Source: Paraphysomonas bandaiensis (taxonomy: Eukaryota > Protista > Chrysophyceae). From it: 64,000 nucleotides of DNA. Under the pieces are notes generated by a model that was not told the origin of the DNA, did no database searches, and saw only the letters and a program-made list of their open reading frames with translations. The DNA lies in the NCBI GenBank assembly GCA_965644295.1, contig CBFFRP010000236.1, forward strand, positions 124,001 through 188,000. Direction: 5' to 3'. Shown in pieces: positions 37,935-49,483 of the stretch. Each line of letters begins with the position of its first letter. Within the stretch, counting starts at the first letter, position 1. The translations under genes were made by a program, and so were the position numbers.

Positions 37935-39008
37935 ATGTGGTGCTACAGACTATGCATTATAATCTGTCTAATTAATATCAATATTTCACGGAGTATTCGA
38001 CCATATGTTTCAAGATCACAACTGGGTGATGATTACAGCTATAGGGCACTATTTAGATGGCTCGAAACACATCAAAGTCGTCGTGTGAAAAGAACTGGAT
38101 ATGATCGTGTTATACTTGGCCAAGGTACTGGTTTGGGGAGTATGCTCCATTTCAGTGCTCTTCATTTTGCTGAGATTGTTTATCGTGGTAAAGTTGTCCA
38201 GTTTAAGGGACATTATAAGGAGTTTACTAGAAACTCTGTATGCAACCATTTATATGGATCCACTGACGGAAGTAGATGTTTTTTTCTACCAATCAGTGAA
38301 CAAAAAGTTCAGTTCAATCAGGCATATGGTGGGCATCAGTTAGCAAGAGGGAATTTTTCTATGTTTATTGATCGTGTACGAGTTCCAATTGCCCTGCCAC
38401 AAGTTATCGACCCGTGGTTGTGGTGGGGTGTTGTGCAGTCTTTCATGTTTCGTCTTAACGACCGAACTGAGAGTATATTTAGCGCAGTAAATTCTCAAAT
38501 GCATTTTAACAGCGCAGATATTGGTGTACATTGGTCGGTTCAACATGGTAGCGCATTGCGATATTTGTCCATGACGGACATTGTTTCCAGCATTATCCAT
38601 GAAATTGAGCAAGCAGTGGAAACAATATCTAAACGTGATAAAACGATATACTTGTCCACTGATTCATCTGATTTAAAGTCTGCTCTTCATTCGTGGCAAA
38701 GACATTATCCTAATGTACGTGTGCTCTGTCGCAATGACACGGCTATTAAGACTATAGCCTTCGTGGGATACGAAAGTTTATTTCCCGTTGGAGCACTACA
38801 CTATCTGCGTGCACTGGAGGTCTTATACGACATGCACACCCTTCGTCACTCCACTATATTTATAGGTTCTGTGTTCTCTCATGTATCTAAGACAGCGGTG
38901 TCTATGGGCTGCGCAGATGGTTCTATGAACTTCGCCATTGGAATCGATTTCAATGCCACACTTAAGAAAAGTTATGGCCCATGTTGGCGTCACCATGTTA
39001 GCACATGA
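37935..39008 (+). CDS. GT23/FUT8-NodZ-like glycosyltransferase-fold protein
   Basis: N-terminal hydrophobic anchor, GLGSMLH, DIGVH, TIYLSTD and DMHTL...FIGSVFSHVS follow the fucosyltransferase motif order. Confidence 0.6.
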   Translation: MWCYRLCIIICLININISRSIRPYVSRSQLGDDYSYRALFRWLETHQSRRVKRTGYDRVILGQGTGLGSMLHFSALHFAEIVYRGKVVQFKGHYKEFTRNSVCNHLYGSTDGSRCFFLPISEQKVQFNQAYGGHQLARGNFSMFIDRVRVPIALPQVIDPWLWWGVVQSFMFRLNDRTESIFSAVNSQMHFNSADIGVHWSVQHGSALRYLSMTDIVSSIIHEIEQAVETISKRDKTIYLSTDSSDLKSALHSWQRHYPNVRVLCRNDTAIKTIAFVGYESLFPVGALHYLRALEVLYDMHTLRHSTIFIGSVFSHVSKTAVSMGCADGSMNFAIGIDFNATLKKSYGPCWRHHVST

Positions 39009-39904
39009 ATTAATATGCCGATAACTGGTTGATATAGTGATATCATCTTTATCAGCAGTATCGGTATATTGAATGTGAAATTTGTGGTACTCTACTGTAA
39101 TTTGTTTTATCATGCTTTGGTTTATGTGTTTAGTCATTATTTAATCGTTTTCTGTTTCATTTTAGCCGAGTCGCCCTTGTGAATGACTGTGATCTGTGTG
39201 TAAAACACGGTCTTGTTTGATTGAAAATTTGTGTGTTTTTTAACCAATAGCTTTGGGATTTCATGGTTTGTGATAATTAATAAAAGTTTTATTGACTTGA
39301 ACAACGGGGTGTTAATTGGGCTGAATGCAGATTTAAGATTAGTAATAGTAGTAAGAAGAATGTTGTGATTATTAGAATATAAAGTGATGAGCACAGTAAT
39401 GTAGAAAAATGAGCAATGATGCAGAACATAACTATCACACACAACAGAATAGTTAGATGTATAACTGACAATGACGATCAAGTATTTTCAACAGATACTT
39501 CCATTAATTCAGTTCATGATATATTTCATTGAACATTATATTTCACATATACTATCTTCTATTAAGATGAATAAAAGGCTGTGCTCATTGTATCTAGTAG
39601 ATTGTAGCCGATTATCTAGAGAACACAAAATGTAAGTTTGAGAGCTAACACTTCAACAATTTGGTCAATTACTTCAACTACTGTTAATTTAGAATAATCT
39701 CTTAAAACATATACGAAGTACACGACACGTATTCCAACATTCCACACATTTATGGCCTTTCGTTAAGCTGTAGCACAGCTTATATTACATATACACGGAT
39801 TAAATACAAGACTGCTTTCCACATATAAACACGACAATACTTCTCATAGCAAAAATGCAGTTCATACACATATAGAAACAGATACAATGTCTGCGCGGAA
39901 ATCG

Positions 39905-40582
39905 TCAACTGCATCCCCTGCGGAATTGGCTGTGCACATTAGGGAGCAGTACTGGAGACGACTTCACTTTAACAACAGGATACAGATCTTCAGTTGATGT
40001 ATTAACGGTTGGATGCTTGATAGTTGTAAACACCTCCGTCTTACGCCTTCTATTCACACGGATTTTAGGGAGACTCTGGCTATCAGTATCACCATTCTCC
40101 TCACGAATAGAATCCAATAGTTTTGAAGTTTTAACAAAATAAGAAGCACCACTACGATTTACCAGCCGTTGTACCACCCTTACTTCATCGGTAAGACCTT
40201 TTTTGTGCAACACTCTTAGATTAGTCCGTACTAAGCCATCTAATCGAGGCGTAAATATACGGTCCATAACACTGTGAATCGATGTAATAATATCGAAAAC
40301 ATATTGCAAAAAGTGAGTGAATACAACACAATCACCAGCATTATCATAATAACACTGTAATAAATTCTTTTCAATAAATTGACGAAATAAATCAATACGA
40401 TCCCAAAATAATTCACGTAATGTAGGATCGTTACAGTCTTTATACTCCATGTGTTCAACTATACGATCAGTCATGAGTTGCATTTGAAAGAGTGTTGATT
40501 GCATACGATGTGAAAAATGGGAGATGATGTTCTGTTTTTTTAATTCATTGTTTGTTTTGAATTGTTTTTTATGATTTAACAT
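39905..40582 (-). CDS. Hypothetical protein, 225 aa
   Basis: Long ORF with protein-like composition and the CA-rich upstream region seen for other genes here. Confidence 0.55.
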   Translation of the reverse strand: MLNHKKQFKTNNELKKQNIISHFSHRMQSTLFQMQLMTDRIVEHMEYKDCNDPTLRELFWDRIDLFRQFIEKNLLQCYYDNAGDCVVFTHFLQYVFDIITSIHSVMDRIFTPRLDGLVRTNLRVLHKKGLTDEVRVVQRLVNRSGASYFVKTSKLLDSIREENGDTDSQSLPKIRVNRRRKTEVFTTIKHPTVNTSTEDLYPVVKVKSSPVLLPNVHSQFRRGCS

Positions 40583-40645
40583 GTATGTGTATATATATAT
40601 GTGTGTGTGTCTGTCTGTGTATGTGTGTATGTGCGTGTGTCTGTC

Positions 40646-40676
<31 letters not shown>

Positions 40677-41438
40677 GTGTGGTAGTTTAAGTGTTAATCT
40701 CTGATTCCATTGAAGAGAATGTATTGAATTGATATACAGTTACTTGATGAGTAGATGGTGTTGGATTGTATATATGTGGAATTGAAGATGAGAGTGTTGA
40801 ATGTTGTTGTTACATGGAGATGACATGATGCTATATAAACTATATGTATATACGTACACGTACATGTCTATGTATGCATGCATGTACAGTTTATCTCCTA
40901 TATATATACATACTCCATACGGTACTGCTGTATGTGCTGCGACTTTAGGTACGTAGGTACATACGTACACATATACATACACATACACACACACATACAC
41001 AGTACGTACATGTGCGTACTACTGTACTTCCCCTCTCAATATGTACAGAGTATGTACACATATCACTATATTTGTACAATTGTATTAAAAACTGTATGTG
41101 TGTATGTTTTATAGTGTAAAATATACAGAATTTTCTGTTTGTAGGTGAAAATAGATGTAAAAAAACACACACTCTCTACTTGTTTTTATGTATAGAAGCA
41201 CTGTAAAAATCAGTACTTTCTTAGAAAATTTCTAATTTCTAGAGGGGAATAGATAGAAATAGGGGATATCTATACATACACAGAGTGCTGTATTTGTATA
41301 TGGGGATATGGAGATTCAATGAAACGCTCGGTGGAATTCTTAACAGTTAGGCAGTTATGCATATATATATTGCCATCCAGTGACTAAACCACATCATATA
41401 TCAGTAGATTGTGGACACTGATCAATTAGTTGATTGTA

Positions 41439-44400
41439 ATGGATGGAAGAAGAGCTGTACATGCAGCTCATATTGACAGAGAATTGCAACTACAATCTTG
41501 CAATGGTATCATAGATAAACTAAACAGTTACATTGAGACTGATATACAAAATGCAATTGATATATGCACGTATAATATTGAATCTGAACAACAAGATCAG
41601 ATTTATTCCTCTCATTATGAAAATACAGAAAATGATGATGATTTGATGCATCAAGACAATGACAATCAGATGCTACAGTATCCGCTGCAGTTATGCAGAG
41701 AAGATATAAAACCTAAATCACAACAGCTGATATCTTTACCACCTTGGATGGTGGGGACTATGAAAACAGATCTTTACGAGCAAATAGGGGTGAATTACAC
41801 CTGGTCGCAACTGCGGCTTTTGTTGTTGAAAGGAAAGATAGTGTTCGAGGAGAAGATATCAGAGATCCGTCGAAATCCTGAGAGTATGCCCGGCGAGGTA
41901 GTGGACCTCTACGTGGCTGACCCAGATAGTTTTGCTAATGCTGTTTTCTCAATATTTTTATATACTTGTAACTTTTGCGACTGTAGATGTTCTAATCTAC
42001 AGATGTGCATCAATCACGCGTTGGAAGAACGGAAATTTCTTTCGTCCTACACTGGTGTATTTCAAAGTGCTATTCATCCAAAGGAAACCACCCTTCCTCC
42101 CAACCAAGTTGCACTAGGATACCACTGCTCATTGTGGGCTCTTACAAATTGGGCACTTCGAGTTAGTCGTGGTAGTGCAGTTGTGGCGGAATCGGACAGA
42201 CGCATGGCCTCCCTATGTGTAGAAGTCCTAGAACCATTCCAAGTCGTCCTCTATTATGCGCTCAGCAATTTACGACCTACTTACAATACTATATTTCGAG
42301 GAATTCGCGGGCGAGTTGAGTATCCCTATGCTCGGGGAGATGCCATCACTTGGCCTTCCTTCTCGTCTACATCCACAGCAGGGTCTGTTGCGCGGTCATT
42401 TATGGGAGACAGTGAAGGAACATTTTTTGTAATAAGTACCTGTAATGGATCCACCATTGACTGGTTTTCATGGTTTAAGCTTGAAAAGGAGGTTTTATTG
42501 CGCATGAATAGCAACTTCGAAGTAAAAGGCCGAATGTCGAACACGTTACTTTCCATGTTGGGTTCGCAAGCGGAGATCATTTCCATGTCTGAGCTGGGGA
42601 AAACTGTTCCTACACCATATCAGGAAGCGGAAAATGCTATTACACTACTTCTAAAGACTGTCTTTTTGTACTCTGATTTCTTGGAAAAATATGTTGTGGG
42701 TTATGTGTCAGCTGCTCCGAATATGAGGACGGGGGGTGTCAGACTTGATGAGGCGCTGGCAATCTTTCTTGAGAGTATAACCTCTAGGGAGGGAAACCCT
42801 GATGATTTATGTCCATCTATGGTTATACTTGGGAGTGCTGGTGCAGGGAAAACATCAAGTGTACTCTACATTCTTTCAAGCATTGTTCAGACGCTCAGCA
42901 CTACTTTGAACTACATGCATGACACCAATTCTTCCCCAGTGGTACCTGTTTTCGTTCCTCTACCTGGAACAAAATTTTGCGATCATGGTGGGGTCGATGC
43001 CTTCATACTTCAGGAAATGCATGTTTCAAGTGAAGGGTTTAGTGCTCTATGTGCAGCACCAAGGCGAGTTGTTTTATTGCTGGACTCGTTGGATGAAGTG
43101 GATTTTAAAGGATCTAAGTCCGTATCGGAAGTTGTAATGTCTCTACTGCAACGCAATCCAATGGTTAGTGCTAATGTAGCAGGCATCATTCTGTCTTCGA
43201 GAGGCGAATTTTATGCTGATAACAACTTTAACCCGCAGCATACATTTGGTAGATCAGCGAGTAGTGTACGAGCGACGAAAGTGTACCATGTGCAACCCTT
43301 TGTTGATGATGACATGGATCTGTTTTTGCAGCGAAGCACGTCCTCTTCGAAGAATAAAACCATGAACCACAGTGAGATGGTACAGCATATCAAAAGCAGG
43401 GGTTTATGGGAGCATGTCAGGAATCCTTTTCTTCTTCATATGCTTGTCTCGACTTTGTTAATGGATCCAGACGAACTTGTGTGTGCTGGTGAAGGACGAA
43501 CTGGTTATGGCCTTTTTGAACTGTATGAGTCCTACTTTAAAAGCCTCTATCGCGTCACAGCTGAGAGGAATACCAGTGCTCATGATGCTGAGACATTTAT
43601 ATCGCAAGCTGAGGTGATTGCTTTTGCTCTACATTGTGATGGAGTATCTCAGGGTCTAGTATCAACATACGGTAGTCTTGTTCCCTCGCTTTTGCATTTG
43701 CCATTGCGCTTGGAGGTAGCGTACGTGCCAGTATCTGCATCAGCTAACGAGAACCCATCTACATTATCCTTTCGACATAAATCGCTCCAAGAATTTTTGG
43801 TTGCGAGGTGTATATACAATGATTTGGTGTCGAATTCTGAATTTAATTCTGATCGACTGATTGAGCGATGCGGATATCTGAGCTCGCACCCGAACGTGAT
43901 CAGACACTTCAGCGATCGCCTTTGTCGAGATGAAACTAATCGTACTGTGGTTTGCGAGCACCTATCTGCCGTATTGAGATACTCCAGCGACTATCCAATT
44001 TCTGTGTCGAACGCTCTGACATTACTCTCGCATAGTCAAGTCGTGATCTCAAATTTTGTGAAAGATTTATCTGGGGTCAACATTTACAATGCGAATTTGA
44101 ATGGAGGAATATTCACCGGAGTGGACTTAACTGATGCAACATGGACAGATTGCTCGGTGAAAGGAATTGATCTGTCACATTCTGTTGTGTGGAATCTCTC
44201 TACTCTTGGCTGCAAAACATATTTGCAGCCATCAATGCACTGTAAATTTCCTGTAGCATCTATTGCATGCTCTTATGATGGAAAATATATTGCGTTATGT
44301 GGAGATAATAAACTAGTTTTAATCGACGCGGAATCCTCTGATTATGCTGAATTACTCTCAGTGGAGTTCACAGGTGATATGAATAGGCCGACAAGGGAAG

Positions 44401-46850
44401 TCTCTTTCTCAGATGACAGCCGATTCCTGGGTGTTGTGTTTTCGAAAAATTCGCTAAATCACTTCCACGGTTCGGAACACATGAGCTATGCTGTATTTGG
44501 TTCTGTTGAATCTTGGCTGCATAACCACTCGGAGCTGCGACATCATTATCCCAGTTCTGAAGCGGAAGCTTTTGTTAATATTAAATTTTCTTATCATGCG
44601 ACCTACACCCTTCTCTGTGGTTCTCATTATTTTACAATGCTGAGTTCTTCAACAAATGAGGCTTTAGTAAAGTCAGATGTAGAGAACGAGCACGATAGGT
44701 ACCAGTGTGGCGAATTTACCCCCGACGAAAGTTACTTACTCTTGTTTTGGGGAAGGTTCGAAATCACTCTCTACGCTCTGTCTGATGATAAAAGCATGAG
44801 CTTAACGCCTCTATGGATAAAAAATACGTATAACCTGTTTGAAGTGAATGGCTGGGGGGATGTGCGCGATATATCTTGTATGAAAACTACTGTAGATGGG
44901 GAGTACCTGTATTTCAGTGGGAGTTGCATTGTGGGAACAACGTGGAGACGTCTACTAAACCTTTCTTCCGATAACCCGAAAGGGGGCTACGATTCTGATC
45001 GCTACCAAATTGAAAAAGAACTTGGGAGTCAGATTAGGAAAAAACAATCACAGGGTTTGTGTTTCACATTGCCGAAGTGTGGTAAATACTTGTTGAAGTA
45101 CTTTGAAGATGCCGCTGTTGTATTCGATATGGACAGCACTGCCCGAGTGTCTTCCATTGCTAAGTCAGGATGTAAAGACGCTGTTGTCAGTTACTCTCAT
45201 GATCATATCTTGTTAACTGAGAAAGAATATGTCAATGTATACGACTTTGACGTAGGGGCTCAAGAGTTGATGTATCGCAGTGGTCACATGAACGTCGTAC
45301 GTAAGATGCACCCTCTGCCCGGGGGCAAGTATATAATTAGCTCTGGGGCGGACAGCAGGAACTTCATACACAGCACCATTTCAAATGCATCTGTTTTATT
45401 TCCAGATATACACGAGAAGATATACGACTATAAATTCTCACAGTGTGGACGTCTTATGATGATCCTTGCTGCGGATTCTGGGTCACCCTCAGATGTAGTG
45501 ATGGCTGTGCGACTGGACCCAGAAGCACCTCAGAATAGTAAAGTGATATTTTCGCAACGAGGCTTTAATAAGTCATGTACTTCGTTCTCTCCATCTGGAA
45601 CTTACGTCGCATTTTACTACTGCTCATACGACTGGGATTCGAATACGAAAGAGTGCACGGAAAGAGGTGCTCATATATACCGCGGTGTTCATATCGTTCC
45701 CGTTGAGGAAGTGCTTCATATGGAAGAGGAGAAATTACATAGTGTTAGTAACGAAGGCTGGCGACCGGAATGGAGTAGCAACGCTATTGTCTATGAGGAC
45801 TTTGGTCTCGGATATGTGTGTAGTATAGCATGGGCACCTACACGATCACACGATGTCACTGTGGCAGTAATTAATGTGGATGAATGTATATGCAGTGTTT
45901 ACTCCCTGGCAGTAGCAGACAGCGCCAAGAAGGTTCAACTTTTCCAAATTGAAAACGCGAAAGTACATGATATGACAAAAGCGAGAGAAATAATGACATA
46001 TTCTGAGTGTGGAAGTTATTTATACTTCTACAATTATGGCTGTTTTATGCTAACTATGTACGATGTATCGAACCCGCAGAATGTTCAGGTGTTAAATTCC
46101 TTGGAGGATATCGCTGACTGCTACTTTTCGCCTCTTAGGCACCATTTTGCAGCCGTGTGCAAAGTCGAAAACTCGCTTAGTGTATATTCTGCCACAGATT
46201 TTAGAAAACTGAAGATTGTCGGGAGCAATGGAATCGAGCAATGTATGCATGTTAGTCTCTCTGAATCCAGTTACAATGAATCTTGGAAACGTACAAATAC
46301 TGATAACTTAGGGATGAGTTGGTCTCAAGACAATAAACTGCTGGCATTCGCCAGCAATTCCAGTGGCATTGATGTTGTTTTGCTGAATTTGTCACATAGC
46401 AGCTCCGAATCCGCTGATATTATTGGTACTATGAGAGGTTCATGCCAAGCCCGATGTATAACGTTTAGCGAAGATGTGCGATATTGTTTTGTTGGATATG
46501 AAAATGGGTCAATACGACAGTTTTCTATCATGAGTAGTGATATGAATGTCCTAGCTTGTGTTTTTCAATATGGCCCCGAAACTCCAACCTTTAGCACCTT
46601 GGGTGCTACAGGTGTGGACTCTATTCGAGACAACGAAACATTTCGCAGAGTGTCCGAAGAATTTGTAAACTTCGGTAATCGTGGAACGAAAACTCTTTTA
46701 GGTGGAAATTGCGTGCCATTTGGGGCCGTAGATATTGAGAAGCATATTTCGCAATCACAGAATATTTCTCCTCAAGAAACTAATTGCGTCGTACACAATC
46801 AGTCAAAGAAAAAAAAGAAAAAACGCATTAAACCGCAGCCCTACTATTGA
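41439..46850 (+). CDS. NLR-like STAND protein: ADP-ribosyltransferase + NACHT + pentapeptide repeat + WD40 (single exon, ~1803 aa)
   Basis: ART motifs LYT, IFRG, FSSTS and EKEVLL; Walker A GSAGAGKT; Walker B LLLDSLDE; NPFLL; FRHKSLQEFLVA; ANLNGGIFTGVDLTDATW; repeated WD-like strands (SYDGKYIA, GHMNVVR...IISSGAD, WSQDNKLLA). Confidence 0.9.
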   Translation: MDGRRAVHAAHIDRELQLQSCNGIIDKLNSYIETDIQNAIDICTYNIESEQQDQIYSSHYENTENDDDLMHQDNDNQMLQYPLQLCREDIKPKSQQLISLPPWMVGTMKTDLYEQIGVNYTWSQLRLLLLKGKIVFEEKISEIRRNPESMPGEVVDLYVADPDSFANAVFSIFLYTCNFCDCRCSNLQMCINHALEERKFLSSYTGVFQSAIHPKETTLPPNQVALGYHCSLWALTNWALRVSRGSAVVAESDRRMASLCVEVLEPFQVVLYYALSNLRPTYNTIFRGIRGRVEYPYARGDAITWPSFSSTSTAGSVARSFMGDSEGTFFVISTCNGSTIDWFSWFKLEKEVLLRMNSNFEVKGRMSNTLLSMLGSQAEIISMSELGKTVPTPYQEAENAITLLLKTVFLYSDFLEKYVVGYVSAAPNMRTGGVRLDEALAIFLESITSREGNPDDLCPSMVILGSAGAGKTSSVLYILSSIVQTLSTTLNYMHDTNSSPVVPVFVPLPGTKFCDHGGVDAFILQEMHVSSEGFSALCAAPRRVVLLLDSLDEVDFKGSKSVSEVVMSLLQRNPMVSANVAGIILSSRGEFYADNNFNPQHTFGRSASSVRATKVYHVQPFVDDDMDLFLQRSTSSSKNKTMNHSEMVQHIKSRGLWEHVRNPFLLHMLVSTLLMDPDELVCAGEGRTGYGLFELYESYFKSLYRVTAERNTSAHDAETFISQAEVIAFALHCDGVSQGLVSTYGSLVPSLLHLPLRLEVAYVPVSASANENPSTLSFRHKSLQEFLVARCIYNDLVSNSEFNSDRLIERCGYLSSHPNVIRHFSDRLCRDETNRTVVCEHLSAVLRYSSDYPISVSNALTLLSHSQVVISNFVKDLSGVNIYNANLNGGIFTGVDLTDATWTDCSVKGIDLSHSVVWNLSTLGCKTYLQPSMHCKFPVASIACSYDGKYIALCGDNKLVLIDAESSDYAELLSVEFTGDMNRPTREVSFSDDSRFLGVVFSKNSLNHFHGSEHMSYAVFGSVESWLHNHSELRHHYPSSEAEAFVNIKFSYHATYTLLCGSHYFTMLSSSTNEALVKSDVENEHDRYQCGEFTPDESYLLLFWGRFEITLYALSDDKSMSLTPLWIKNTYNLFEVNGWGDVRDISCMKTTVDGEYLYFSGSCIVGTTWRRLLNLSSDNPKGGYDSDRYQIEKELGSQIRKKQSQGLCFTLPKCGKYLLKYFEDAAVVFDMDSTARVSSIAKSGCKDAVVSYSHDHILLTEKEYVNVYDFDVGAQELMYRSGHMNVVRKMHPLPGGKYIISSGADSRNFIHSTISNASVLFPDIHEKIYDYKFSQCGRLMMILAADSGSPSDVVMAVRLDPEAPQNSKVIFSQRGFNKSCTSFSPSGTYVAFYYCSYDWDSNTKECTERGAHIYRGVHIVPVEEVLHMEEEKLHSVSNEGWRPEWSSNAIVYEDFGLGYVCSIAWAPTRSHDVTVAVINVDECICSVYSLAVADSAKKVQLFQIENAKVHDMTKAREIMTYSECGSYLYFYNYGCFMLTMYDVSNPQNVQVLNSLEDIADCYFSPLRHHFAAVCKVENSLSVYSATDFRKLKIVGSNGIEQCMHVSLSESSYNESWKRTNTDNLGMSWSQDNKLLAFASNSSGIDVVLLNLSHSSSESADIIGTMRGSCQARCITFSEDVRYCFVGYENGSIRQFSIMSSDMNVLACVFQYGPETPTFSTLGATGVDSIRDNETFRRVSEEFVNFGNRGTKTLLGGNCVPFGAVDIEKHISQSQNISPQETNCVVHNQSKKKKKKRIKPQPYY

Positions 46851-47640
46851 TCAGCAAGTATTTTCTTTATAAATTATCGTGGAGTGCATACTGGTATAGG
46901 TCGAACAAGATATCTACAGCATGCAGTCAATCGTCAGCACAACTCGCCATAAAGCCCGCGAGTGCAATATATATGGCTGATAAAATTTTAGCGCTTTATT
47001 ATGTGACCCTTACTTTAATTATTGCTGCAAGTAGTATTTACAATTAATACATATGTATCCTGTTTTGATAGTTGATGCATTGAAGGTGGTGTCTCATTGA
47101 TTAATAAGACCAAGATTACACTGACCCTGCAGTCCACTAGGATTTCATTCAAATCTATAAACTTTCTTGCGGCGCATTAGTATACATTACTCTTAAATCA
47201 ACTCCACCACACTAGACATTCCAATACCCAATACAACATATATAACCTGTAAACAACTTAAACTGCAATACGTCAGAAACATAGAAATGTACGAAAACGC
47301 GGATTTTTCGCTTACTGGGTGTAAGTACAAAGAGGAGACCTAACTGACTCCATACGTCTACCACTTTCACAATCCCCGCACAAGTGGAAACGCTACAGTG
47401 CAGCCTCCGCCAGCTAGTTTTCTGTCCCAGGCCCAACTCGTGGGCCGCGCTATCTCCAGACACGACGGCGCCACAATCTACCCCCTCGCCCATATGTCGT
47501 TTAGGCTGGATTCACTCGACTCACTAATTCAGATTCCTGTTCCTCCACAAAGTCCTATAAAGCCCAAGGGATGCCCCCTGACTAACCCCATCTGCTTTTT
47601 TAGAACTCGCGTCCATAGAGGTCTTTTCGCTCACAGTCGC

Positions 47641-47890
47641 ACCTTGGTGCTTGTGGCGATGCCCAAGCAGCTTTCGTAGAGTGACAGAGTATGATACATG
47701 AGAAATTGTACGATTGGTTACAGGTAGAAGTCTATCTAGATTGACTAGTTTTCATCCAGCTACTTCACTTGTGCTGATTCTCGACGCCTATTTTGCTAAT
47801 AACAAGAAGTCGAGGTAATACCAAAACCTGGTAAAGCAATTTCACCAGGTTTCATATATATAAGTATTGAGTTATTATTTTACTGTAATT
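47641..47890 (+). repeat. Dispersed motif copy 3 plus second shared hairpin block
   Basis: ACCTTGGTGCTTGTGGCGATGCCCAAGCAGCTTTCGTAGAG, and AATAACAAGAAGTCGAGGTAATAC...ACCTGGTAAAGCAATTTCACCAGGT matching 10192-10256. Confidence 0.75.
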
Positions 47891-49483
47891 TGTATCTGAG
47901 AGGTTAAAGATAAAGTAAAGTCGGATGTCTTAGACTCTCATAGACAACTGCAATACGTCTAAAATGGTTAATACTTTAATATATTTGGAACGCCAGAACG
48001 CTGAATTCATGAAATGAGAATGAGTTCATGCATTCGCTAATAATACCAATTTCCTCTATATATATCATTACAAAGATTTAATTATTTATTTCTACTCAAA
48101 ACTCTCAAAAGTTAACACTATCCTAATGTTATATGTGTGACGATTTTGATATGCGTCATTTGACTGGAAAATGTGTAGGTAGAATAATGGAAGATGCTAT
48201 TCTTGTAGTTTAGACCCCATATATGGTTAAGGAGAAGGTTAGATTGAGAATTATACGGTGGTGTACCTGTGTATACGTCTACAGCTCGTGTGGTACACGT
48301 GCATAAGTACGAATCTCCAGCAGTAAGCATGGTTCGTATATGTAAGTAGAAATTTCTAGGGGGGATTGTAGTGCATGTATGGAAATTTGATAAGCTTGAC
48401 ATGGATGCTAAGGAGTGTAGAGCCAGCTTGCAAGTGCAAGATTGCTATATTATGTTAAGTCACTTCTTTTCGTAGGTATGAAGTCATAATTAGTATATTA
48501 AGAAGAGAAGAAACAGGGACTAGTGGTCTAGATGAACGGTACCCGCTAGCTCCCTCCATTAGTTAGATGCTGTATATGCGTATTAGGGATAACTCGCGAG
48601 TATGTATTTACGGCATATGGACATGATATGTTAGAAAGTAGCCAGAGAAGGATGGTCCCTACAACCCCGGTTACACCAGAGCAGTAGTTTGTTTTATTAG
48701 TCAATACAATAGCATATAATAAGTATCTTTAAATGCCGAGGAGTAATATTTTTGCGCAAAAACCAGTTATAAAAATATTATTAATAACAAACATTGACTG
48801 CAGTCATCGTCAGCGATTTTGACACATCGTTGTTCGTATTCAAGCGATTTTTCGCCATTGAAAAAATAATAAGTACTGCTTCTGCATATTATGTCACACG
48901 TTATCAATTATAGCCAGGAGAATCGTATAATCCGTCTCTCAGATTAAGAATGAACACACGTCTGAAAGTCACACAGTAAGTTTGAAACCTAAACTTCCCA
49001 CATGTACCGCTTATACGCACGCCAATTACATCATGTCAGTATCAAATTGATGGTATTAAAACTGATTCAATTAATTGCTACATTGATACGCAGCCCTGGT
49101 ATACACATACAGGTATAACCATTCATTAAATGCCAAATTTAATACGTAGTTTCGGTAATATTATGCAGATAATTCGTATAATAGAAGTGATTTATATTAG
49201 ACGTTTCAAGATCCAATTCATTATTGACAACTTGCATTCTGTATGGACGCAAAGCTGTGGTAGAAAAAGAGCTATTATCTTGGTATTCGCATGATATATA
49301 CATAGCTTCGACGTGGTGACAGACTAAGACTTTGAATTAAGCAGGAATACTTCTGTACTAAGTGTGAGAGAGAAAATTCAAAGCAGTGTTGGTATTGAAG
49401 TTGCAAGTTATTCACATATAACTCTGCCACGTTTTACGAATCACATTCCAGTGAGACTATATCCACGACAAACAACAACCAGC

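Noticed and set aside
11432-46850. Helicase-RBR plus NLR-like gene as a defence island
   Set aside because: They are 24 kb apart and separated by ordinary housekeeping genes; nothing links them.
48118-48700. Possible LINE fragment on the minus strand
   Set aside because: No recognisable RT or endonuclease motif; too degenerate to call.
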